IMG/VR virus record: IMGVR_UViG_3300025413_001239
DNA length: 64,000 nucleotides
Source of the DNA: a virus
Taxonomy: Duplodnaviria; Caudoviricetes
Reading direction: 5' to 3' (one strand)
The translations under genes and the position numbers were made by a program. The number at the start of each line of letters is the position of its first letter. The stretch's first letter is position 1. Shown here piece after piece: positions 1 through 8,524 of the stretch. The notes beneath the pieces are model-generated. The model had not been told where the DNA came from, ran no database searches, and worked only from the letters and a program-made list of their open reading frames with translations.

Positions 1-185
1 TCATGGTCTGGTGTACAAGTGATATCATCATTAATCACAATTAATTTACCACTATACGGTATTTTTTTTGTTTCTAAAACATCCCGATACTCACCAGTAT
101 GTGTTAATACTTTTTCACCAATTGTTATATTCTCAATTGATTTTTTTGTTGTTATAGTTGTAACTAAAGTACCATCAATAAAACA
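1..185 (-). mobile_element. Intein N-terminal part within the GMPR/IMPDH gene (partial)
   Basis: After GIGNG the frame reads CFIDGTLVTTITTKKSIENITIGEKVLTHTG...ITCTPDH: Cys1 block A and a TxxH block B. Confidence 0.85.
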
Positions 186-638
186 GCCGTTACCAATACC
201 AACCCTGATATAATCAGCACCAGCTTCTGAAAGTAGAGTATATGTTTTAGGGTTAGCAATATTACCAACCATAAGAGACATATAAGGATACTTTAATTTA
301 AGTTGTGTTGTAATATTAAGAATATTATCCATATGACCATTAGCAACATCTATTAGATACTTACCATATGGTTCAATCGCATCATTATCAAATAATGTTT
401 TAATGTCAGTATATGAATATGAATTAAAACCTAATTCACAATATTCATATCTTGGGGTGCAGATGTGTATTTTATTATAGTAATAATTGATTAGATTATA
501 TTTATTAATAACGGTATCCATTGGAGCCGTAATTAACGGTAAAAAACCTTCATTATCTAATGGGTTTATTGCCGTTCTAGAATTTACCTTAGTTATTTCT
601 TTTGGGACTATTAATAAGTCGTTGAAGTCTAATTTCAT
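1..638 (-). CDS. guaC: GMP reductase / IMP dehydrogenase family protein (GuaC-like, no CBS pair), runs off the window edge; missing from the ORF track
   Basis: Manual translation from ATG at 638: MKLDFNDLLIVPK...LITAPMDTV...YLIDVANGH...MVGNIANPKTYTLLSEAGADYIRVGIGNG. DVANG is more GMPR-like than IMPDH-like. Confidence 0.8.
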   Translation of the reverse strand, partial: MKLDFNDLLIVPKEITKVNSRTAINPLDNEGFLPLITAPMDTVINKYNLINYYYNKIHICTPRYEYCELGFNSYSYTDIKTLFDNDAIEPYGKYLIDVANGHMDNILNITTQLKLKYPYMSLMVGNIANPKTYTLLSEAGADYIRVGIGNGCFIDGTLVTTITTKKSIENITIGEKVLTHTGEYRDVLETKKIPYSGKLIVINDDITCTPDH

Positions 639-649
639 AATTATTTTAT

Positions 650-886
650 TTATAGATAAAATTGTTTGCTGCACATGATATTACCCTCATAATATGAGGT
701 CCAAGGGCCAATTTGTTGGTTATTTAAACATAAACCAATTAAACATAAATCACCATTACCATGATAAAATTTCCATAAACCATCTTGTGAGTTGTTTATA
801 TAATTACCTTCAGCTCTTAATTTATCAGAATTACTCCAATAATGTTGGAAAAACCCATGTTTTTTACCATTAATAAATTTATTCAT
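650..886 (-). CDS. MORN-variant / YwqK-like repeat protein
   Basis: Repeats KKHGFFQHYW, QDGLWKFYH and QIGPWTSYY with EGNY spacing. Confidence 0.6.
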   Translation of the reverse strand: MNKFINGKKHGFFQHYWSNSDKLRAEGNYINNSQDGLWKFYHGNGDLCLIGLCLNNQQIGPWTSYYEGNIMCSKQFYL

Positions 887-905
887 TTTTTAATTTATTC
901 ATTTT

Positions 906-1475
906 TTAATTTATTCCAGTTGAACCAAAACCATTAGAATTTCTTTCAGTTTTAGTTAAGATTTTATCAACTTGTAATAAATTAATCACCGATTTACTTA
1001 TTACTTGTGTTAATACAGCTTGAGCTATTCTATCACCATTATTAATGGTAAAGGGTTCATCACCATGATTTATTAAAATCACTTTAATTTCACCAGTATA
1101 ATCTGCATCAATGGTTCCTGGACTATTTAATACAACAACACCATTCTTTGCTGCAAGTCCACTTCTTGACCTAATAGTAATTTCAAAATTATCTGGAATT
1201 TGGAAAAATAAGCCCGTAGGGACGATAGTTCGTTGTCCAGCTGGTAATGTTATTACTTCCGTTAAAGAAGCCCTTAAATCGAACCCTGAGGCCCCAGCAG
1301 TAGCATATTCAGGATTAGGGTTTGTAGAAGTATTCACAAAATTAACACCGAGCTTAAAATTCTCAGTGTTAATATTTGTGTTACTAAATTCTTTATTGAA
1401 ATCTTCTTGAGTATAATCAACATCAGGATTGATAATATCCATTACCCTTTCTTTCATTTTATCAATTAGACTCAT
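906..1475 (-). CDS. dut: Trimeric dUTPase with N-terminal extension
   Basis: Motifs ASGFDL, RSRSGLA, GTIDADYTGEI, GDRIAQ and RNSNGFGSTG. Confidence 0.97.
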   Translation of the reverse strand: MSLIDKMKERVMDIINPDVDYTQEDFNKEFSNTNINTENFKLGVNFVNTSTNPNPEYATAGASGFDLRASLTEVITLPAGQRTIVPTGLFFQIPDNFEITIRSRSGLAAKNGVVVLNSPGTIDADYTGEIKVILINHGDEPFTINNGDRIAQAVLTQVISKSVINLLQVDKILTKTERNSNGFGSTGIN

Positions 1476-1722
1476 TTGTTAACATTTTTTCTTCAATTAT
1501 TTCAAAACTATCTCTTCTAGCTGGTCTAGGAACGTCAACAGTGTTAATTTTTATAAAATATAAAGGTTCTGCTTCTGTCAATGTAAACGGGTCGATTAAA
1601 CCAGACATTACCGATACAATTTCACCAATAGCATTATTCCACGGTGAAATTTTAATAATTGGTTCTTCAGTTAAAATTTTAACTTTATCACCAACTTTAG
1701 GAATTTTTTTCATTTTTTTCAT
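1462..1722 (-). CDS. Hypothetical protein (possibly SH3/KOW-like)
   Basis: 86-aa ORF in operon orientation; PKVGDKVKI start. Confidence 0.5.
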   Translation of the reverse strand: MKKMKKIPKVGDKVKILTEEPIIKISPWNNAIGEIVSVMSGLIDPFTLTEAEPLYFIKINTVDVPRPARRDSFEIIEEKMLTNESN

Positions 1723-1743
1723 TTTTTTTTTTTATTTTTTTTT

Positions 1744-2855
1744 TTAATTATTATACCAACTCCATTCATACCCACCAGCAGATTTTCTTTCTTTATTGCA
1801 TACTTTTGTTATATTTCCAATTTGAATTCCTAAATGTTTATAAATATAGTTATTGAATTCCACGTATTGATAATAATACCGTTTTTAGATTGAATAACTT
1901 TTTTACCTTTACTAGCTTTATATGTGGTATCTATTAGATTTTTTTTATTTTCAGTTGTTAATTTAACCTTTAAATTATATTTATCAAGTAATATATTCAA
2001 TAATTTTTCATCATAATTTTCAAGATAAAACCAAAATTTATTAAGACAAACACTATTTTTAATTATTGATTGACTTATAGCGGAAGTTGAAACACCATAA
2101 AATTTATTAGCCTCTGACAATGAGTGCCACTCTTTAGTAGTTTTTTTATTTATATCATATTCAATAATTTTTTTATTATTTGTTTTACCATTTATGCTAC
2201 GAATATTATAAGTTCTTTCATGATATTTAGAAATAAAATCTTGAAGATTGGATATGTTTTCAATATCATCCGAGTATCGCCAAATAAAATTATTTAAAGA
2301 AAATCTTTTTAATCTACAAACATCAGTTATTGAACCATAACCGAATTCTTTTTTCACCAAATCAATAGATTCCCATTCTTTAATAAACTCACCATTTAGT
2401 GAAAATTGTTTAACCTTTACTTTTTTAGTATCTAAAAAATCATCACTAAATTTATACCCAGATATACCATCACCACCATTTGTTAAATTAGTTAAAGGAC
2501 CTAAACCTAAATCATTTCTACCAATTAATCTAATTAATTCAACCTCTAAATTAAACGCATCATTTTCGAGCAAGTTTTTTTTAACTCTAATAATGATAGG
2601 TGATAAATTTTCAGATAGAATTTTTTTAATTTTATTGTTTTTATAACTAGATATAAAATTTAAATTATATTCGTTTAAATGACATTTATCTCTAAATCCA
2701 GAACCTTTACCAACATAAAAAGGTTCAAAATCAAATTCAAATTCACCATATTTATAATTTGATTTTTTTCTAGGGTCTAAGTAAACGTAAACATAAAATT
2801 TATTTTTCTTTTTGTTGTATTTCTTAGAATATTCAACTTGTTTTTTATTACTCAT
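1744..2855 (-). mobile_element. Free-standing GIY-YIG (LEM-3-like) homing endonuclease with NUMOD1 repeats; 1-nt frameshift near the 3' end
   Basis: FYVYVYLDPR...FYVGKG and KVKQFSLNGEFIKEWESI. The last NUMOD1 continues in another frame (HLGIQIGNITKVCNKERKSAGGYEW) to TAA at 1744-1746. Confidence 0.8.
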
Positions 2856-2901
2856 AATTTGTATTTAATAATAAATATAACAAAAAGAAAAATAAATTAA
2901 A

Positions 2902-3483
2902 CTATGACAAAAATAATTCTTTTTCTTCTTTGATAGCCATTATATTAGCAAATTTAAGTAATTCACCTAATACAGAATTATGATATTTTGATTGCTTATC
3001 AGAGTCATCTTTATCATGATTAATAATTGCCGCATATTCCACGTCAGTTAGAATAACACCATTTGAAAGTGCATAAAAAGCTGAACGTTCACCAACACGC
3101 ATAGAAACTTCTTCATTTCTAAATTCGTACATCTTGCCTTGGTTTTTAATATGCCATTCAGATGTGCAAGGTGTATAAAGATGCGCTTTACCAATTTGGT
3201 ACAAAAAACAAACCTTTATAATTTCTTCCTTAGGTAATCTAAGCTTCTCTGGTAACGCAGCATTAAAAGAAACAGCAAATTTTGTTGTTCTTAATAAATG
3301 GTCAATTAAACCACCCTCAAACGCATTGTTAAGGTCTTTGTTTGTTGACGCTGGTGCGGCCATGAAATCTTGACCTAAAAAAGCTGTAAGACTTTCAGTC
3401 ATGAAAGGTTCAGCTGTTTCAAAATACTTTTTAGTATTCTTAATAATTTTGTCTTTATCTAACATATTTTTTAATTTACGCAA
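2902..3483 (-). CDS. HD-fold protein with degenerate HD dyad (probable true start at MLDKDK)
   Basis: GGLIDH...FLYQIGK...INHD layout of HD-domain proteins. Confidence 0.6.
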   Translation of the reverse strand: MRKLKNMLDKDKIIKNTKKYFETAEPFMTESLTAFLGQDFMAAPASTNKDLNNAFEGGLIDHLLRTTKFAVSFNAALPEKLRLPKEEIIKVCFLYQIGKAHLYTPCTSEWHIKNQGKMYEFRNEEVSMRVGERSAFYALSNGVILTDVEYAAIINHDKDDSDKQSKYHNSVLGELLKFANIMAIKEEKELFLS

Positions 3484-3512
3484 ATATACAAAAAATATTT
3501 TAATAAAGCAAA
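3481..3512 (-). promoter_or_regulatory. Bacteroidota-type sigma70 promoter
   Basis: Minus strand TTTG-N20-TATATTTG, matching the -33/-7 consensus. Confidence 0.7.
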
Positions 3513-3755
3513 TTAACGATTCATAATTTTTATTGCTGATACACCATTTTCATAATCACCTAAATCATCCCATAACCCATTACTACTGTTAGGTATAAAT
3601 TTACCATATTTTTTGTCAATAATATTTAATATCCCATTAAAGGTATCTTCAGTTATTAACTTCTCAACATTTTCTTTGGTTACAGGAATAGGTTCATTTT
3701 GATTTTCAATATTATCCATGATTATCATCAATTGAATTAATTCTTTCTTCTTCAC
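3513..3755 (-). CDS. Hypothetical protein
   Basis: 80-aa ORF in the operon; start uncertain. Confidence 0.45.
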   Translation of the reverse strand: MKKKELIQLMIIMDNIENQNEPIPVTKENVEKLITEDTFNGILNIIDKKYGKFIPNSSNGLWDDLGDYENGVSAIKIMNR

Positions 3756-4407
3756 TTTTCATTCTACCAAAAAAACTTTCATGTGTTTCATTTTTATCAA
3801 CCTTAATCATAACTTCTTTTGCTTTTTCTAATTTAGGTTTTAACCTATTAACATCAAGTGTTGATGGTTTTTTTATTTGTAAAGCATCTAATTTAACTTT
3901 TTGTCTTTTTAATGAATTATAAGCAAAATCGTTCTCTTGTTTTATTAAAATATTTAATTCTGGACCTTTAATATCCTCTAACGATTCATTATGAATATCA
4001 ACAATTTCTGGCACATAAAATATTGGTGAAGAGTTACCGTCATAACCATGTAATGTTGCTTCAACGTGTGGTTTGCGCAACTCATCCATGTAGTTAAGTA
4101 TTTCCTTAACCCTTTCAGTTTTTATATTCCATTCATTTTTTAATATTAATTCATCTGTATTGGGCTTAAAAATTTTTACTTGTTCAAAATAAGATGGTAA
4201 AGGCTTATTAATCATAACCTTTTTTATAGAATACTGTAAATTCGACTTACGAATTCTTGTAAGTCTTTCATATTCTTTCATAGTACCTCTTTTACTCTTG
4301 ATACTAAGATAAACTATCAAGACTTTTAATTTTAAATCTTGAATAAATTCGTTAAATTGTCTTTTAATTTTTTGAAATTTCTTTTTCATTTTATTTCTTT
4401 TTTTCAT
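3712..4407 (-). CDS. Hypothetical protein
   Basis: 231-aa ORF overlapping its neighbours. Confidence 0.6.
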   Translation of the reverse strand: MKKRNKMKKKFQKIKRQFNEFIQDLKLKVLIVYLSIKSKRGTMKEYERLTRIRKSNLQYSIKKVMINKPLPSYFEQVKIFKPNTDELILKNEWNIKTERVKEILNYMDELRKPHVEATLHGYDGNSSPIFYVPEIVDIHNESLEDIKGPELNILIKQENDFAYNSLKRQKVKLDALQIKKPSTLDVNRLKPKLEKAKEVMIKVDKNETHESFFGRMKSEEERINSIDDNHG

Positions 4408-6709
4408 TTACCAGTTTAAGGTATAGGTTTTTTCTATCTTCAGTTACCTTATCCATAGAATACGTATCCTTAACTGTGTTATATAAGTTTTCACTAAGTT
4501 GTGTTACTAATTCTGGTTGTTGAATTAATTTCTTAATTGCTTTAACCCAATCTTTGGTTTGATGTTTACTTGGTTTAATCAAAATACCATTCGCATTAGT
4601 ATCCCAATTACCACCAAATTGTATAGCGTTAGTCACATCAATTTGATATGGACCAAAATCCTGAGCTATAATAGCCTTTTTATGGAATCCAGCTTCGATG
4701 ACTTTTAATTGACTCTTAACCTCATTAAAAATATTATCTTCAATTGGTGCCAATGATACATCAAATAAATTATAATTTGATGCGTATGTACTAATTGGCT
4801 TAGTCCAAACTCTTCTATAAGGTTCGTTAGCTACATTAGGATATTCTTCGTTCTTAAACTTCAATAAGAAATCCTTATACTCTGGACTTACAGTTGAATA
4901 GTTATCGGTAAATATTTTTTCATACTGATACCAAACGCTTTCAGTTGGCTTGATGGGTCTTTGAGTTTGTTGTTTAGTTTGCTCATCAATAATTGTCATA
5001 GTACCTCTAAGGTCATATCCACATAGTACAAATTGTACTTTATCTATAAGACCTTCACGATTAATGGTTCCAACCACATCGTTAATAAGTTCTAAGTCTT
5101 TAAGGTGACTATTGCCAATCCACATTGCTTTGCCGTTTCTTCTGACATAGATAATATGATTTTTAACTTCAACACAATAAACATTACCTTTATAATATCT
5201 ATTATATTGATTTTCTGTTTTAATTAGAGGGGTATTTTTATTATGCTTACTAGTACTATGATGTTTGGTAAAATTAACCACCAATGAATCATATTGTGAC
5301 TTTATTCCTCTTCCTTTAATTTCACTAGTTCGTTTACCTCGATTTGTTATTGTCGCTGAAATACCTATTTTTAAAGCAATTTCTTGTAAATTATTTGCTA
5401 ACGAAGGTGAGCAAGTAAATGCTCTGGTTCTTGTATATTTATTATTTTCAATATGGCCGTCACCTTTAATAAACCAATCTAAAAATATTGTTAATTGTCT
5501 TGGTGATAAATTTAATATTTCTTCAGGTACAAATTTATCATATGCATTACCAAAATTTGATAAGTATTCCCATAACATTTTATCAAAAACCCTAACTTGT
5601 TTTTTGTCTTTAGTATACGTTGGTTTGAAACCCATTTTAATTAATAATTCATACATATATGATAAATACCCATTATCTTTTGTTTGTGCTATACCTACTT
5701 GATGTAACCCATTTGTTTTAGTAGTCCACCCTTCAGCCATCCAAAAACCAAAAAATTGTAACCAATTATCCATATCGATATTTTTATCATAACCATATTT
5801 TTCGGATAATCCATTATAACGTTTTTTTGATATTAATTTATCAATATAGTTTTCGTTTTCTTCAAATTCAGCGTATTCATTTAGCATTGGTAAAACAAAA
5901 TATTTTTCTTTTTTACCAACCCATACTGCATCTTTTTTAACATGGAAATTTTTACCATGTATTTTTTCAGATTGGATTAATTCTAAATCAAGTTTTTTAT
6001 GTGTTAATGATTTGGCCACAGAGGCATACATATTGTGGTTTGGTGTAACTTCGTATTCAACTAAACCATTTTTACAACAATTTAATTCACCTTCAAATGG
6101 TTCACATATGTAACCTGTTGGTTTGTGGTACTCTAATTCATTTGTATTTGGATTTAATGTTGCAACCATTTCGGTTTGATTTAAAGCGTCAAATCTTTTC
6201 CAACCTTCATCAGTCAGAATTTCGGTATCTGGTGTCATACAACTACCACCTAACCAACCAATTCTAAGTCTCTCAGATGGTTCTACATTTGGTGTAAATT
6301 GTTTTTCGGTTGGGTCTACAGCATTTGGAAGTACGAATACGTTTTTATTAAATTTTTTAATTTCATCAGCAAATATGGGTGTTGTTGTTGTAACATTTCT
6401 TGAAATCTTAATGTTATTAAGAATTAACTTATCAAGACCATGATTTTTTATAAGTAAAAAAGCTGGGTGATGTGGTCCTGGGGACCAATAGTCATCTAAG
6501 TCCATTATTGTAACAATACCTAAATTGTCAAGTCTTTCAAGGAGTGCTGGTAATGCGCTATATTCACCAAGGGTTCTATGATAATGTATAATATCATATT
6601 GTTTAAGCCATTCATCATTATCTAATTGTGGTTCATAATCAATATCAATTGAGAACTCATCTGGGTAATTTTGTTCTAGGGCAATATGTGGCTTAGAACT
6701 TCTAAAGTA
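4391..6709 (-). CDS. GT-B (family 4-like) glycosyltransferase, main body; homologous coding extends 68 codons upstream of the tracked ATG with no ATG/GTG/TTG
   Basis: YFRSSKPH...YDIIHYHR...IMDLDDYW, LPNAVD, IGWLGGS|SHLKDL, DVSLAPI, KSQLKVIEAG. Frame is open 6733-4391 with first ATG at 6505. Confidence 0.85.
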   Translation of the reverse strand, partial: YFRSSKPHIALEQNYPDEFSIDIDYEPQLDNDEWLKQYDIIHYHRTLGEYSALPALLERLDNLGIVTIMDLDDYWSPGPHHPAFLLIKNHGLDKLILNNIKISRNVTTTTPIFADEIKKFNKNVFVLPNAVDPTEKQFTPNVEPSERLRIGWLGGSCMTPDTEILTDEGWKRFDALNQTEMVATLNPNTNELEYHKPTGYICEPFEGELNCCKNGLVEYEVTPNHNMYASVAKSLTHKKLDLELIQSEKIHGKNFHVKKDAVWVGKKEKYFVLPMLNEYAEFEENENYIDKLISKKRYNGLSEKYGYDKNIDMDNWLQFFGFWMAEGWTTKTNGLHQVGIAQTKDNGYLSYMYELLIKMGFKPTYTKDKKQVRVFDKMLWEYLSNFGNAYDKFVPEEILNLSPRQLTIFLDWFIKGDGHIENNKYTRTRAFTCSPSLANNLQEIALKIGISATITNRGKRTSEIKGRGIKSQYDSLVVNFTKHHSTSKHNKNTPLIKTENQYNRYYKGNVYCVEVKNHIIYVRRNGKAMWIGNSHLKDLELINDVVGTINREGLIDKVQFVLCGYDLRGTMTIIDEQTKQQTQRPIKPTESVWYQYEKIFTDNYSTVSPEYKDFLLKFKNEEYPNVANEPYRRVWTKPISTYASNYNLFDVSLAPIEDNIFNEVKSQLKVIEAGFHKKAIIAQDFGPYQIDVTNAIQFGGNWDTNANGILIKPSKHQTKDWVKAIKKLIQQPELVTQLSENLYNTVKDTYSMDKVTEDRKNLYLKLVNEKKK
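5111..6241 (-). mobile_element. 377-aa intein with LAGLIDADG domain in the glycosyltransferase
   Basis: Starts CMTPDTEILT, ends NGKAMWIGN|S; FFGFWMAEG and FLDWFIKGDG helices. Splicing restores GWLGGSSHLKDL. Confidence 0.92.
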
Positions 6710-6714
6710 GCTTG

Positions 6715-6801
6715 TCAGCTGACCCCAGTTCTGTCACTAGGTACTACTAATACCTTTACTTTGCGACTAACTGGGGTCAGATTAATAATGTTTGTTGTCA
6801 T
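6715..6801 (-). CDS. 28-codon leader ORF carrying a second copy of the glycosyltransferase N-terminus
   Basis: ATG at 6801 overlaps the endonuclease end: MTTNIINLTPVSRKVKVLVVPSDRTGVS then TGA. Confidence 0.65.
   Translation of the reverse strand: MTTNIINLTPVSRKVKVLVVPSDRTGVS
6719..6780. repeat. Perfect 12-bp inverted repeat enclosing a longer hairpin
   Basis: CTGACCCCAGTT (6719-6730) and AACTGGGGTCAG (6769-6780), with inner GTCGC/GTGAC and GGTATT/AGTACC pairings on the minus-strand transcript. Confidence 0.9.
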
Positions 6802-7671
6802 TTTGTGAAATTAATTCTCTTATTATATTTTTATTTTTTTTGTAATCCGATTCCCAGATTACAATACAATTATAATTATATTTTTTAGCTAAGTCAAGCT
6901 TATTCTTATCATATTCCCATATTTCTTTAGCTGTTTTACTCTTTTTTTTATTATAATACATTGAATCATATTTTTTAGGGTTACAATGCCAGTAATCACC
7001 ATTATACTCAATAAGTAAATTTAGCTCAGGAATATAAATATCAAAAATTTTTGATTCAATAATAAAATTAGGTTCGACTTTTAAATTTATGCTCTCAAGA
7101 TATTTAATAATTTCAAACTCTGGTTTTGAGCGATTAAAAGATTTTAACTCTCCGTTAGCAATTCTATTTTTCATAAGAATACTTAACTTGGTTCTAGTCT
7201 CTTCCATTTTACCACTTTTCCAACGTTCTTTAGCCATAATACTAAACATGTCTTTGTATTCTTGTTTAGACATATGGTCACTAGTTTTAACACCAATTTT
7301 TTTATCTGAAATTGTTTTTTTTGTAGTATTTGAATGAGTTTTTTTAAAAAACGGATTCCCCCCCCAACTTGTTTTTTTAAAGAACATTTTTTACATTCAT
7401 GTTTATTTTTTAAATTTCTATTTAGTAAAGATTTATTGTTTACTGAAAATTTTATTTTTTTATTACATGTAATACAAGTATAATGCCCACACCACATATT
7501 ACCCTCTTGCCAAAAATTTTTATAGAAAGACTCGCCAAGCAATCTATTTCTAGTTAAATTTTTGTCTTTTAATATTTTTAAAACTTGATTTTTTGTAATG
7601 TTAGGTATTAATTTACATATTTTAGTTGACCCAATACCGCTTAAATATAATTCAATTATTTTTTCTTCCAT
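6782..7671 (-). mobile_element. Homing endonuclease (zinc ribbon, NUMOD3, Vsr/DUF559/EDxHD-like nuclease) split by a frameshift in a G8 run
   Basis: ORFs 7183-7671 and 6782-7387 join at a C8 run (7358-7365) to give QVGGGNPFFKKTHS; C-terminal FDIYIPELNLLIEYNGDYWH...IVIWESD. Confidence 0.8.
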
Positions 7672-7674
7672 ATA

Positions 7675-7770
7675 TTATAAATATACAGAAAATAAAAATA
7701 AGTCTAAAAAGCTAACCCCAGTTCTGTCTGATGCTACTACTAAAACTTTAATTTTTTTGTTTTTTGTCAT
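7675..7770 (-). CDS. Orphan first copy of the glycosyltransferase N-terminus (31-codon ORF)
   Basis: MTKNKKIKVLVVASDRTGVS then FLDLFLFSVYL stop. The first 20 aa join YFRS at 6709 in frame if 6710-7710 is removed. Confidence 0.7.
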   Translation of the reverse strand: MTKNKKIKVLVVASDRTGVSFLDLFLFSVYL

Positions 7771-7829
7771 TATTTTTATTTTTAAAACGTTATTTTGATT
7801 AATATACTAAACATAAAATATTAGTCAAT

Positions 7830-7858
7830 AAAAAAGGCCCTATAAGGGCCTTTTTTTT
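7830..7858. terminator. Intrinsic terminator
   Basis: AAAAAAGGCCCT-ATA-AGGGCCTTTTTTTT. Confidence 0.85.
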
Positions 7859-7876
7859 ATTATAAATAATTTTAAT

Positions 7877-8524
7877 TTAAATAGATTTTCTCTTTGGTGT
7901 TACTTTTGGTGTAATTTTACCTTCTTTAATAAGGGTTGTTATTGTAGCCTTTACGGTTTCTTGTGTAACCATTTTATTATAGCTTTTAGTAAAGTACTCA
8001 AGAAGTTTTTTCTCAACCATACTATTAACCATTTCATTTAATTGAGATTTGCTAACTGTAATTGTGTCACCTTGATTAACTGGTCTTTTGATATTTTCAC
8101 TTAATTGTTGTTTAGAACCCTTTAATGGTATACCAGCAACTTTAGCAATATCTTCAGCTGTAAATTTGGATGGTGGTGCTGCAAATTTTGGAACTCTTTT
8201 TTCCATCATTACTTTTTTAATACTATCTGGTAATTTAGAATTCATAACTTGTTCATCACTATAATTATAAACGTTTGATGGTCCAGAAGGTACGTAATTG
8301 TCAAAACTCATTTCTCGTTCATCACTTTCGCTATACATTTCAGCTGGTCTTGATGATTGCCTTTTTGGTGGTGTTTCAACATAATCAAAATTATCTTCGT
8401 AACTTTCTTGAATTTGACCGCTTTGTTTTTTAGGGTTTTCTTTTTCTACTTTATTCATTACAGCAGCAGCTTTACCTAAAATACTACCTAACCTACTAAG
8501 GTCTACTGGTGGTGGTGTTGTCAT
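7877..8524 (-). CDS. Hypothetical protein
   Basis: 215-aa ORF. Confidence 0.7.
   Translation of the reverse strand: MTTPPPVDLSRLGSILGKAAAVMNKVEKENPKKQSGQIQESYEDNFDYVETPPKRQSSRPAEMYSESDEREMSFDNYVPSGPSNVYNYSDEQVMNSKLPDSIKKVMMEKRVPKFAAPPSKFTAEDIAKVAGIPLKGSKQQLSENIKRPVNQGDTITVSKSQLNEMVNSMVEKKLLEYFTKSYNKMVTQETVKATITTLIKEGKITPKVTPKRKSI

Noticed and set aside
6715-6717. Stop-codon recoding (TGA or TAG read as sense) as an explanation for the split genes
   Set aside because: Reading through this TGA does not enter the GT frame, the TAG at 1830 is quickly followed by TAA, and long genes are intact under code 11.
6710-7710. Classical group I/II intron or IS element
   Set aside because: There is too little non-coding sequence for a ribozyme core, no junction register gives both a U-ending exon and a terminal G, and there is no transposase or terminal IR pair.
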